Origin: Octopus vulgaris
Taxonomy: Eukaryota
Reading direction: 5' to 3'
Assembly (NCBI GenBank): GCA_951406725.2
Contig: OX597818.1
Location: forward strand, 129,828,001 to 129,892,000
DNA: 64,000 bases
Shown: piece by piece, positions 27,692 through 40,260 of the stretch
Layout: every line of letters starts with the position of its first letter
Numbering within the stretch: the first letter of the stretch is position 1
Made by a program: the position numbers and the translations under genes
Notes under the pieces: generated by a model
The model's input: the letters and a program-made list of their open reading frames with translations, nothing else
Database searches by the model: none
Told to the model about the DNA's origin: nothing

Positions 27692-27879
27692 AAGCACTAG
27701 CATTCATTTAATTGACTATCTCTCTGCTACAAAATTTGAGGCCCTGTGTCTGTAGTAGAAGGAGATCCAACAATGATTTCTAGTAGATTGACTGACTACA
27801 TCAAGGTCCCACTGCGAGATAAAATAATCTGAATTAAACTTTAACATGGTCATTTACAACAAATCAAAATAATTTTATA

Positions 27880-28225
27880 TTAGGCTTCCATGTCGGTGGC
27901 ACGTAAAAAGCACCATCCGAATCGTGGCTGAAGCCAGTGCCGCCTCGACTGGCTTCCGTGCAGGTGGCACGTAAAATGCACCAATCCGACCGTGGCCGAT
28001 GCCAGCCTCGCCTGGCACCAGTGCAGGTGGCACGTAAAAAGCACCCACTACACTCACGGAGTGGTTGGCGTTAGGAAGAGCATCCAGCTGTAGAAACATT
28101 GCCAGATAAGACCGGGGCCTGGTGCAGCCTTCTGGCTTCCCAGATCCCCGGTCGAACCGTCCAACCCATGCTAGCATGGAGAACGGACGTTAAACAATGA
28201 TGATGATGATGACGATGATGATGAT
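27880..28225 (+). mobile_element. SINE family C, young
   Basis: Tandem ggtggcacgtaaaa units, core and (GAT)n tail. Confidence 0.88.
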
Positions 28226-28767
28226 TAGGAAGTGCAACTCCAACAGAAAAATAATTCAACCTCAATGGAAAAGCAAAAGAGTTTCGAAATAAACAAGCAC
28301 CAACTGCAAAATTTCATTTTTTAAAAAATATTCTTTTAGATTTTTACAGCTTGCTGGATCCTGTCAAACTGTCCAGACCATGATGGCATGGGAAATGGAT
28401 GTAAAATGTTAATGAATATGATATGTATATATATATGTGAGTGTGTGTATACACACATATATATGTTAATTTATTTTATACATAAATGCATATTATTACA
28501 CACATATACACACAATACATATATAAACATACATACACAGGTATGGAAATATATACATATAGATAAATGTCAATACACATACACAAACAAATAATATGGC
28601 TATATATTTATATCTATTTAGGCCTCTATCCATCTATATACATACACATATAAGATATATATATATATATATATGTATACAAACATATATACATACATAC
28701 ATATATTTATAATTGGTGTAATAGCTCTCTCAAGTTATATATACACACACAAACAAATGCATAATAG

Positions 28768-28812
<45 letters not shown>

Positions 28813-28871
28813 TATACACATGCAGATATGTATTTACATATACATGTATATGTACAAACATATATACATGC

Positions 28872-28908
<37 letters not shown>

Positions 28909-30289
28909 GAGGAAAATTCATCAAACATGCCATTCATTAATGTAGATATATGTATTCCTATTACATGCTTCATTCTACAAAAATGAAGGTTAATCCCTTT
29001 CTTTAACTCTTGTATTAATACAAAACAATATGTTCAAACTACTTTTTTTTTTCTGATGCTAAAAGAAAACAAAAAACCCAGCAAGAATAGGAAAAGAGAA
29101 AAAAAAAATACCATGACATTAATTTTTTGGAATATGTAAATGTTTTGTGAAATAATATGTTGTACATACTCTTCTAAACACATCATTAACCTTATGTTCA
29201 ATGTATGCATGAAGAAGTTGTTTGTGTATTTGTGTACATATCTGTGTGTTTGAGTGTGTGTTTGCACACTCAAATATATATACATGTATGTTTATGTCTA
29301 TCAATGTGTGTATGCAAGTGTATATGTTTTGATAATTTCTTTTACAAATGTATACTACTTAACTTTGTATTCATTTGTGTGTGTGTGTTTAAATACACAC
29401 ACACACACGCACACATATACATATTTATATATATGCAAATATACACAAATGTGTGTGTGTAGAAAAAAGAAATGGAGATAGATAGAAGATAGGTTAATTA
29501 CGTGCTTAGAAATAAATATTTCAAATGAAATGGTGAGATATATTAAGACATAATATTAAAACCTTTATTAAGCTATATCAGCTGGGAAGTTTTATATATA
29601 TATATGTATGTATGCATGTGTGTATGTGCACATGTATGTGTTTTAGATACTGGAAGAGGTGTGGGTTGTGAAAATAAATATAATCTCTGATTAAACAGAA
29701 CTTTTTTTACATTATAATATAATGTAAAATGTTCTGTAGTTGTATCCAGATTGATGCTCCATCGGTCATATACAGCAATGGATCAAATGAAAAGAATTAT
29801 AATCATGAGGTCTATTTGAGGTTTGATACAAAGAAGTATTGTTATCAAACATTATTCAAATGTAAGTAAAAAAGAGAGATGTAAGCCACGATGATACTAA
29901 AGATATGAAAATATATTTATTCAATATTTCAGTATGTAATATCTAAAAAAAATTAATGATTTAATAATTAAAAATGTTTAAATGTCTCATTTTGTGGACC
30001 TTTTGAAGTGAAAGTATTCTTTAGAAGTTTGGTAGCTTACACTTCTCTCTTAAAACCAGCTGTCAAATTGGCATAGTCACTAAAGCGTTGGACAGAATGA
30101 TCTGTAGTTTTTGTTTTGAAGCTATTTGCTTAGAGCTCAAATGTCACTGAAGTCAACTTCGTCACGGCAATTAAAAAACATGAATTTGATGCAGAGAATT
30201 GGCAGAACTGAAAGGAAATCAGACCAGAAACCTTGTGGTGTTTGGTTTAGCTATTTTTTGCATTCTGATTTGAAATCCTTTTATATCCT

Positions 30290-30430
30290 ACCTGAGTAGA
30301 AAATTTAATCTAACACTAGATTTAAATTTAATCTTAAGCACTATGTCATATGCCCACAGGCATATGGCATAGTGGTTAAGAGCATGGGCTACTAACCCTA
30401 AGATTCCGAGTGCGATTCCAGGCAGTGACA

Positions 30431-30469
<39 letters not shown>

Positions 30470-30615
30470 GCAACATCGAAAAATACCTTAGGAATGCGAA
30501 TCCAGGCTCGAAATTCCCCTAAGACACCTGATGAAGGCTGGAGAGTATATCAGCCGAAACATTGTGATAACAACAAACAAGATGAGGACAAATATCTGTC
30601 AAATGTAAATAATGT
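30290..30615 (+). mobile_element. Element with tRNA-like head, (AAT)n and a hammerhead ribozyme (PLE/retrozyme-like)
   Basis: A box 30365-30375, degenerate B box 30408-30419, CTGATGA 30528-30534, stem II ggctg/cagcc, GAAAC 30556-30560. Confidence 0.7.
30523..30568 (+). ncRNA. Minimal type I hammerhead ribozyme motif; stem III is defective in this copy
   Basis: gacac-CTGATGA-a-ggctg-gagagtatat-cagcc-GAAAC-att-gtg. Confidence 0.65.
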
Positions 30616-30631
30616 ATCCCTCTTTTTATAT

Positions 30632-30990
30632 AGGTGTAGGAGTGATTGTGTGGTAAGTAGCTTGCTTACAAACCACATGGTTCTGGGTTCAGTCCCACTG
30701 CGTGGCACCTTTAGAAAGTGTCTTCTACTACAGCCTCGGGCCAACCAAAGCCTTGTGAGTGGATTTGGTAGACGGAAACTGAAAGAAGCCCGTCGTTTAT
30801 ATGTATATATGTATATGTATATGTGTGTGTGTGTATACGCTTGTGTGTCTGTGTTTGTCCCCCAAACATCGCTTGACAACTGATGGTGGTCCCTATAATT
30901 AGAATAAGTCCTGGGGTCAATTTGCTCAACTAAGGTGGTGCTCCAGCATGGCCACAGTCAAATGACTGAAACAAGTAAAAGAGTAAAAGA
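30632..30990 (+). mobile_element. SINE family A with internal deletion
   Basis: Head through aaaagagt tail. Confidence 0.9.
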
Positions 30991-31169
30991 CTAAGTTTAA
31001 CATCACTCTTAAATTTTTGTCATTCCAGAATAAAAGAGGATTTTTTTTGTCTTTCCTTCAAACCTTTAGATTCCAACGTTACTTATAACTATAAAGATTG
31101 CTGTACTGTGAAATGTTGCATGCATTAATTTCATCTCTTCTTATTAATAACTGCTTTGTTTCTTTCCAG

Positions 31170-31714
31170 GTGAACTGACATCTGACTTTTCAAAAAAAGA
31201 CTTCAAAAGTAACTAGCCAAACTTCTGTTGAAAAATGGACAAAATTTGGCATTGTGGTATTATCAAGTAGCTGCAGAAAAAGGGCTTAGCCCCCATGTAC
31301 ATTCATGCTGACATGGTTGCAACATTAGGGGATGATGCCCCAGCTTTATCAACAGTGCAAAAGTGGACAGTTGAATTTAAGGGTGAGTGTTGTTGATGAC
31401 CAAACGTCTGGAAGTCCTGCAACTGACACCACAAGGGAAAACATTGACTGTGTTCACCACATGCTGATGGATGACAGGCAACTCACTGTAAATCACATAG
31501 CCAATGCTATACTCTTTTACTCTTTTACTTGTTTCAGTCATTTGACTGCGGCCATGCTGGAGCACCGCCTTTAGTCGAACAACTCGACCCCGGGACTTAT
31601 TCTTTGTAAGCCCAGTACTTATTCTATCGGTCTCTTTTGCCGAACCGCTAAGTGACGGGGATGTAAACACACCAGCATCAGTTGTCAAGCAATGCTAGGG
31701 GGACAGACACACAA

Positions 31715-31751
<37 letters not shown>

Positions 31752-32425
31752 CATATATACGACAGGCTTCTTTCAGTTTCCGTCTACCAAATCCACTCAC
31801 AAGGCATTGGTCGGCCCGGGGCTATAGCAGAAGACACTTGCCCAAGATGCCACGCAGTGGGACTGAACTCAGAACCATGTGGTTGGTTAGCAAGCTACTT
31901 ACCACACAGCCACTCCTGCGCCTATAAGCATATTCTGTTTAGAATATTCTACACAGTGAACTTGACATGATGAGGTTTTCTACTTTGTGGGTGCCAGGTC
32001 TTCTGACACTTGATCAAAAGTGCACCAGTCTGATCACATCACAGGAAAATCCGACATTGTTTGAGACAAACCCAGTTGGATTCCTTGAACGTTTCCTCAC
32101 CCACAACGAGTGCTGTGTCAATCACTTTGGGCCAGACACAAAGAGACAACATATGCAGTGGAAACATCACTCCTTACCTGCTCTAAAGAAGGCCAACGTC
32201 ATTTCATCCGCAATGGTGAGTACTATGCCAACTTGCTGAGACAGTTGTGAAAGGCTATCAAGACCAGACATCCAGGAAAATTGAGGAAAGGGGTCTTGTT
32301 TCATCAGGACAATGCTCCAGTACTCAAGTCCGTGGTTTAAATGGCTTTGTACTAGTTAATCATCTGCTCTTTCCTCCTGATTTCACCCCCATCTGACTAT
32401 CATATGTCCCCCAGCATGAAAAAAC
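31170..32425 (+). pseudogene. Decayed mariner transposase split by a SINE
   Basis: MDKIWH..IHADMVATLGDDAPALSTVQKW, WVPGLL (WVPHEL motif), FHQDNAP and PDFTPSDY motifs. Confidence 0.9.
31510..31922 (-). mobile_element. SINE family A, full length, young subfamily
   Basis: Complete copy interrupting the mariner ORF. Confidence 0.92.
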
Positions 32426-32427
32426 AA

Positions 32428-33133
32428 ATTAGAGATAAGTTTGAAGCTGATGAAACCGTTCAGTATACGAGAAGTGTTCTGGAAGACCATGAACATCGAC
32501 AACCCCAACAGAGCAAGAAGGAATGCTAGAAACATATCACCAAAGTTCAAGGCAATCTTTGTGGCAAGTGAGTCGTGAGGTAGGTATTTCAAAATCATCT
32601 GTTCAACACATTTTGAAGCATTGTCAATGGTAAAGTTACATTCCAGGATTAGTCCATGCTATTAATGACGATGATTCAGACCAAAGAGTGGAGTATTGCC
32701 ACTGGTATTTGGCACAATGTGTAGAAGATGCACACTTTCCAACAAAGATTGTGTGGAGTGATGAGTGATGAGTGATGAATTTTGTTGAATACCCTCTGCA
32801 TTACCTAGACCTCACACCACTAGACTTTTTTATGGTGATACCTAAAAAACAAATTCTACACTATGATACCTACAGCAGTTGCTAATTTGAGAGCAGCTAT
32901 TGAATGACAATGCACAAAAATACCAAATGAATTGTTTCGTGATGTTTGCAATTCCATTGCTTTGCATTGTCAGCAGTGCCTGGACCAGAACGGACTTCAG
33001 TTTGAAAACAGGCATTGACAAAACAATTAAATAATGTCTGTAGATTCTATTAAATTTTGAAAATGAAATGTATTTTAATAAGTACCTACTTTACAATTAT
33101 TCAAAGTGTGTATACATTTTTGGGGACACCCTG
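32428..33133 (+). mobile_element. Second Tc1/mariner-superfamily relic (DUF4817-type), 3' part with right TIR
   Basis: RDKFEADETV..SGRP, IVWSDE, PDLTPLDFF; ends ttttggggacaccctg followed by a TA tract. Confidence 0.7.
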
Positions 33134-33454
33134 CATATATATATATATATATGTATATAATATTAATAATAATAATAATATTAGGGAGTAAATCCAAACT
33201 TACAGGGAAAAATTAGATTTAGGATTAAATCTAATTTTACAGTATAAATATATATATTAAATTAGAGATAAAACCACTATTAGGCAAATCAAACAGTGAA
33301 AATCATAAAACCAAAATATAGAAATAAAATTAATTAATATAGTATACAAAATATATAAAATATAAAATTCAAAATTTAAATTATTTAAATTTAAAGTTAA
33401 AATTAAAAAATTTTTTAAAATTATTAATTTATACTTATAAATTTTTTTTATATT

Positions 33455-33715
33455 GGCTTCCGTGCTGGTGGCATGTTAAAAGCACCAACCGATCGTGGCC
33501 ACTGCCAAATTCCCCTGGCACCTGTGCCAGTGGCATGTAAAAAGCATCCACTACACTCACGGAGTGGTTGGCGTTAGGAAGGGCATCCAGCTGTAGAAAC
33601 ACTGCCAGATCAGACTGGAGCCTGGTGCAGCCTCCTGGCTTCCCAGACCCCGGTCGAACCGTCCAACCCATGCTAGCATGGAAAACGGATGTTAAACGAT
33701 GATGATGATGATGAT
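33455..33715 (+). mobile_element. SINE family C
   Basis: Core and (GAT)n tail. Confidence 0.88.
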
Positions 33716-33787
33716 ATATCTATATATATTTTATTATTTTTATTTCTATTATTATTTTTATTTATTATTATTATTTTTATTTATCTC

Positions 33788-33858
<71 letters not shown>

Positions 33859-34914
33859 TTGAAGTATCACTAAGTTATAATTTGATCATTTTTATTAACA
33901 TTTTCTCATATTTGCATATCAGAACCTTACATATATAAGCAGCATAGAAAAAACAATACAGCTGTGTTTCTTGCAAAAGAAGCGAAGAAAAAAATGTTTA
34001 TATGGAGTGATTGCTAATTTTTTTTTAACAAGTTTTGGTCCTCTATCAAATTTGTGTACAGCAGTTCAATTTATGGTGTCTTTTTTGTGTCAGTCAACAT
34101 TTCAAAAAAAAAAAAATTTTTTTTCTTTTGTTATGATTCTCCTATTCAAATTCTCACACAAAAAAGATCCCATTACTTTTGAATGAGCACAAATGCAGAA
34201 GAATTGTGACAAAAAATGTAATAAAAGAAATTGTCCCACAAGATCTGGAGAAAAAAATTACCCTTTGATCAATGACAACTAATGAGAGATACAGTACCAA
34301 TAGAATTTAGTCCAAACTACCAATTCAATCAAATTGAAACCTGTGTTTGATGAGGAGGCAACCTTCACATCTCAACCTCTTCACAACCCAGCTCCTCTCC
34401 TCCACACACACACACATAAAATTAATTTGATTACAGAACTGAGCAGATTAATTGTGATGAATAGAACTTTAAGGGATAGTTAACTAATGGAGGAAAGATA
34501 AAGGTTACCAAAAGAGGGTAGTGATTGAGGGATAATGAGAAAAGAAGAGACTGAAACACAGGTGTACTTCATAATATTTTGGCATCAGATCCTTAGTTTT
34601 GTTTGCGTAATTTCTCCCTCACACTCCATCCAACATCACCACCAATCAAGAAGAGGGAACCTATACTAATAGTCGACAAGTCTTGTTTTTCAAGTCCACA
34701 AGTATCAAGTAGAGTCCTGCATTAAGCGCTCTATGTGTCACTTATTCTCATTTTCACCCTCTTTATCTCTCTTTTTCTTTCTTTCTCTCTCTCGCTTTCT
34801 GTCAATAACTCCCCAACTTGTCTGACTATTCTCTTGTGTTCTGTTCTAATTCAAAATAACATGTACACATAACTTGTACAGATCCTCTGAGACTTATGTT
34901 GTGAGATCACTTAC

Positions 34915-34936
34915 ATTTCATGTTCAGCTTGAACAT
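34915..34936 (-). other. Candidate 22-nt minus-strand exon
   Basis: ttttttcttttgggtggatgcgtgctgcag|ATGTTCAAGCTGAACATGAAAT|gtaagt. Confidence 0.35.
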
Positions 34937-35237
34937 CTGCAGCACGCATCCACCCAAAAGAAAAAAAACCACACACAACCACAAAAACATGGATATAGGA
35001 ATGATGGAATTCCAGAGGGTTGACATTGTGAGAAGCAAGGATTGGCTGGATAAATTGGTTAGCACAATTTCACTTTCAACTTGTTTACAGGTTAAACTGT
35101 ATGTGTATGCAGTCCTGAGTGTATGTTAGTATGTATGTGTGTGTGTGTGTCACTAATTACACCAGACTATTACTCATTAAGTAACAAAATTTAAAAAAAC
35201 AATTAAAATAAATTGAAATCGCCCAAAAGTAGATTTA

Positions 35238-35455
35238 ACCCTTTTGTTACCAAATTTCTGTTGAAATTTGATGACACTGATTTTCAATTAATTTTGAAAA
35301 TCATGAAGAATTTAGTAAAATTACTTTGTCATTATTAGGCTAATCTTTGGAATATAAATTGAAATAAAATTTTGATGGGAGATTTTAATTCTGATCACTT
35401 TAAAACATGGAATTTGTGTTATAGATCTAGGGCAGTTTCAGGCAAGCTGATATCA
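35238..35455. mobile_element. piggyBac-like MITE, diverged
   Basis: ttaa|cccttttgttacc; body similar to 24900-25109. Confidence 0.6.
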
Positions 35456-35603
35456 AAATATGTCAGAGGGAGAAAAGTATGAATGTCATAATATCACATT
35501 TCCCATCACTTCAATAGATAAATCTGAGACCTTACACCATACAGAGCTGTGTTGTAATGAAGTTCTTTTTGCAACCACATTGCTTCAGGTTTGATCACAT
35601 TGT

Positions 35604-35822
35604 ACAAGAGAGCACTAAAAAATTCTTGGCTTAGGGTAAAAGAAAATACAGGAGGATCAGTTAATTATGGTATTATCCAGTATATTCCCCTCTCAGATTC
35701 ACACACTTATTGCAGTGGTCCTTCAGCTTTTCTAAGCCCTGTAGAAGAACTCAGAAGTTTGGGCCTTCAACAAAGTCTTTTGCAATACCCTTAAAGCCAG
35801 GAACTTTTCAGCAGCCCCTTGT
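35604..35822. mobile_element. Mariner-type MITE
   Basis: Same family as 20053 and 23100. Confidence 0.85.
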
Positions 35823-36006
35823 ATAACACCTTCAAATGACTTTTATTCCAGCCCCTGATTAAACAGCCTGTTGAACAACAGGATGTTAGTTGTCTGACTT
35901 GGCTCTTATCACTCTAAATGAAACTGAAGTGCTCACAAGGGCCCCCAACAGGCTTTAAACACTTCATAACATCCCTGTTTGGCCTGTAACAGAATGAAAC
36001 AGTCAT

Positions 36007-36240
36007 GGAGGCGCAATGGCCCAGTGGTTAGGGCAGCAGACTCGCGGTCGTAGGATCGCGGTTTCAATTCCCAGACCGGGCGTTGTGTGTGTTTATTGAG
36101 TGAAAACACCTAAAAAGCTCCACGATGCTCCGGCAGGGGGTGGTGATCCCTGCTGTACTCTTTCACCATTAAAGGCGGTGCTCCAGCATGGCCACAGTCA
36201 AATGACTGAAACAAGTAAAAGATAAAAGAGAAAATAAAAG
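36007..36240 (+). mobile_element. Chimeric SINE: family B head fused to a family A 3' tail
   Basis: Junction ..tttcacca|ttaaaggcggtgctccagc..; flanking agtcat at 36001-36006 and 36241-36246. Confidence 0.85.
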
Positions 36241-36877
36241 AGTCATCTTAAGTCTAGGAATGAGAGGTAATACCTACGACTTTTGAGGATCTATCTAAAG
36301 TTGCAAGATCAATGTGATTGCTATTTAGCTTAAATCTCTGTTTGATGTTTTGCCTTAGGTCAGTCCCAATTTAACAAATCCATGATCAAAAATCTCCTTG
36401 TTTTTTTTTTGTATACGAACAGTCTTCAAGATTTGTACATTCAACATTCATTCTCTTTGAACTTTACTCTATTCAGCAAATGTAAATGTCACATGGATGG
36501 ATCTCAAGATCTGCTTGTATACACAAAAAAAACTACAATCACACTTAACACAAACAGAATTAGTTCAGGTGTATCTTGAGAACTGTTTGTATTTAGAATT
36601 ATATTGTCTAATGTGTTCTTCCTTTGTATAGGATGGAAAGGTGTGGTTTGAAAAAATTTGATTAGTATTTCTAGCATGTTAGCTGATGCATACAAGCTCC
36701 TTTGTTGATGTCTATAGCAAATGTAGCAGAGACAACATGGAAAGGAGAAAGTTCCAGCTGTTTGTAGTAATGGGAATGGAATAACTATGGAACAACTGAG
36801 TTGGTTAGAGAATTCCCCTGATCCAAACTCCTTCTCTCTTTTCCTCCCTCTTCTTTCTGTCTTCTTATATATATGTG

Positions 36878-36918
<41 letters not shown>

Positions 36919-37804
36919 ATATATGTGTGCGTGTGTGTGTGTGTGTGCATCTATGTCTGTGTGTATTTAAGTATGTATGTACATGTTTGTATATACATAC
37001 ATGATATATTGTATCATATTTATACTTTTAGTAACATAAATACACTTAACATAATATTAACATGAAATCCATGAACTCTCTCTCTCTCTCTCTCTCTCAT
37101 TAATATACACATACACACACTCAAACATACTCATACTGTAAATGCAGGAAATACACTCACAAATACAAACACAGATTTAGAAATCCATACTTTCATACCA
37201 GAAAAATATGTTTGGTCTTTACAAGTCTGACTGAACACAATATCCATATCAGGATTTTTATTTATCTATTTATTTATTTATTCATTTATTTATTTATTTA
37301 TTTATTTATTTTCTTCGAAATTTTTACTTTTGTTTTAAATTTCGCTTTTCCTTTTGTTCAGTTCTTTATACAGGTCTATTCAAAGAACACTTCCGTTAAT
37401 TTTCATGTATGTAATTCACATTCACATGAAACAGAGAAGTCACAATACCACAATCCAGCAGCCTACATTGCTAATTACAAAAAAAAAAGAAGAAGAAAGA
37501 AAGAAAGAAAAAAAAGAAACAAAGACAAGTAACAAAACAACAAGAACAATAGAAAAGGAAGAAGAGAGCAGAAAAATAAAAAAATGAAACAAAATAAAAA
37601 AAAATAATAAAATAAAAGCAAGCATCAGCTTATAACTGCTGCCAGTAGAATACATATTAAACCATTTTTGGTGCCATATCTAATTAGATCTATACAAAAT
37701 GGGAAGAAAGCAACAAATGATCTATGGAAGTAAGGGCATTTCACTTGGAGAATTTCAGAAAATGAATTTAAATTGGTTGTAAAATAAAAAGAAGTCTATA
37801 TACT

Positions 37805-38175
37805 AGGCGCAGGAGTGGCTGTGTGGTAAGTAGCTTGCTAACCAACCACATGGTTCCGAGTTCAGTCCCACTACGTGGCATCTTGGGCAAGTGTCTTCTG
37901 CTATAGCCCCGGGCCGACCGATGCCTTGTGAGTGGATTTGGTAGACGGAAACTGAAAGAAGCCTGTCGTATATATGTATATATATATATGTATGTGTGTG
38001 TGTTTGTGTTTGTCCCCCTAGCATTACGTCCCCCGTCACTTAGCGGTTCGGCAAAAGAGACCGATAGAATAAGTACTGGGCTTACAAAGAATAAGTCCCG
38101 GGGTCGATTTGCTCGACTAAAGGTGGTGCTCCAGCATGGCCGCAGTCAAATGACTGAAACAAGTAGAAGAGAAGA
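37805..38175 (+). mobile_element. SINE family A, young subfamily, small internal deletion
   Basis: ggcgcaggagtggctg head; flanking tatacta. Confidence 0.92.
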
Positions 38176-38201
38176 GTATACTACTACTACTACTACTACA
38201 A

Positions 38202-38257
<56 letters not shown>

Positions 38258-38258
<1 letters not shown>

Positions 38259-38717
38259 CCTTTCTATTAAAGGGAAAAGGCCTGAAATTTTGCAGGGAGG
38301 GGACTAGTTGATTTTCTTGACCCTAGTGTTTGACTGGTACTTTATTTATCGACCCCCAAAAGGATGACAATTAAAATGAACCTCTGCGGAATTTGAACTC
38401 TGAATGTAATGATGGATGAAATGTTGCTATGTATTTCACCTGGCGTGCTAACAATTCTGCCAGCTCACTGCCTTAAAAATAATAAATTTAATTTTAATCC
38501 TTTTTACTAAAATGGCACTAAACCTGAAATTTTGTGGTGGTGGTGGTGGTGGTGGGGGGGGCTAGTCAATTTCATTGATCCACAGTATTTCACTGGTACT
38601 TGATTTACCAACCCCAAAAGGATGAAAGGCAAAGTCAGCCTCAGTGGAATTTGAACTTAGAATGTAGCAATGAGCAAAATACCACTAAGCATTTCTACCA
38701 ACTTGCAGCCTTCTTAA

Positions 38718-38750
<33 letters not shown>

Positions 38751-38925
38751 TACTCACAATAATAATAATAATAATCTATTCTACTTAAGGGACAAGGCCT
38801 GAAATTTGGGGGAAGGGGGTTGTACTAGTTGATGACATCAACCCCAGTGTTTCACTGGTACTTAATTTATCGACCCTGAAAGAATGAAAGCCAAAGTCAG
38901 CCTCAGCAGAATTTTGAACTCAGGT
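38258..38925 (-). mobile_element. Array of three SINE family D copies separated by (AAT)n/(TAC)n
   Basis: Repeated cctgaaattt..actggtactt..atcgaccc..gatgaaag. Confidence 0.8.
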
Positions 38926-39089
38926 GGGCAAAATGCTAATTGTTTCAAATTTTGGCTCAAGGCCAGTAAGATTTTAAGTAGGCTGGTGTATTAATTGATT
39001 AAACCAATCTCATTGACAATTACTGGGGTTGATATAATCAATCATTCCCCTTCCCCAAATTTGATGCCTAATGCCTGTGTTACTAATTA

Positions 39090-39488
39090 TTGTAGGGTAG
39101 TAAATGGTAGAATCATTAAAGCATCAGACAAAATGCTTTACAGTTTTGGTCCTGGATGTTTGGTTTCTGAGTTCAAATCGGGCCAGAATCACCTTTGTTT
39201 TTTATCCTGTCAAGGTTAATAAATTAAAGTACAAGTCAAGTTCTGGGGTCAGCGGTATTGATGAGCCCTTCCCTTCAAAACTTCTAAAATGTGTACCTTA
39301 ATTAGAAGGAATTATAATTAATACATTATTATTGAGGGCAGTTGAATAGTAGAGTTAGTATGGCATTGAGCAAACTTTCTTGCAGTATTTATAACAATGA
39401 ACATATTGTATACAATACTCAGGTACAGCACAGCTTGTCAGAGAAAGGTAAAATAGAAGGCGGAGGGTAGCAGTAAGTCAAGTAAAAT

Positions 39489-39519
<31 letters not shown>

Positions 39520-40260
39520 CAGTGATGAACCAAAGTACATATGGGATACAAAGGATAAAACACTAGAAGATAGAATAGTGAAAGAGCCATAAAGAGGAAA
39601 GGGTGCACAGATACATCTGAAATGGTGTTGGCAGCTTCTGAGAAGGATGGAATTTAGTTACGTCTCCTTACACTTTCAGTTCAAATCTTGCAAAAATCAA
39701 CTTTGCCTTTTGTTTCTTCAGATAAAATAACATATCTGTCAAATACTGGAATCAATGGCATAAATTAAGCCTACACCCCAAAATTTTGGAATTCTACCGA
39801 TGTTAGCTACAAATATTAAGAGTGGTAGAGTTGCAAAACCATTAGAGTGTTGGTCAAAATACTTTGTGGTATATCTTTCGAACCTTTATATTCTGAGTTC
39901 ATATCCTACCAAGCCTAAGTTTGTCTTTCATTCTCTCAAGTTCGATAAAGTAACATACCAATCTACTAGTGAGATCAAATACATCAACTAATCTCTTCCA
40001 TCTTTCCTCATAAATTTCTGTCCTTGTGCCTCTATTTAAAAACAATGATGGTGATGATAATGATGATGAAGAAGAGTGGAGGAGGAAGATGATGGTGTTG
40101 TTGATGGGATGGATACTAGAGTATGCCTAAATGTTTATGAAGTGTTTCACTTAACGTTAATGTCTCACATTCCTGAGTTCAAATATCATTGGTTTTATAA
40201 AATGAATACCTGTAATATACTAACTTAATTCAATTACTCTTTCAGAAAAAAAATTTGCTT
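39090..40260 (+). mobile_element. Cluster of old SINE family D copies
   Basis: Repeated gagttcaaat..ctttg..ttt(t/c)atc..gataaa..agtac. Confidence 0.55.

Noticed and set aside
36504-36950. 148-aa minus-strand ORF
   Set aside because: Starts in a microsatellite, with no recognisable domain or convincing splice signals
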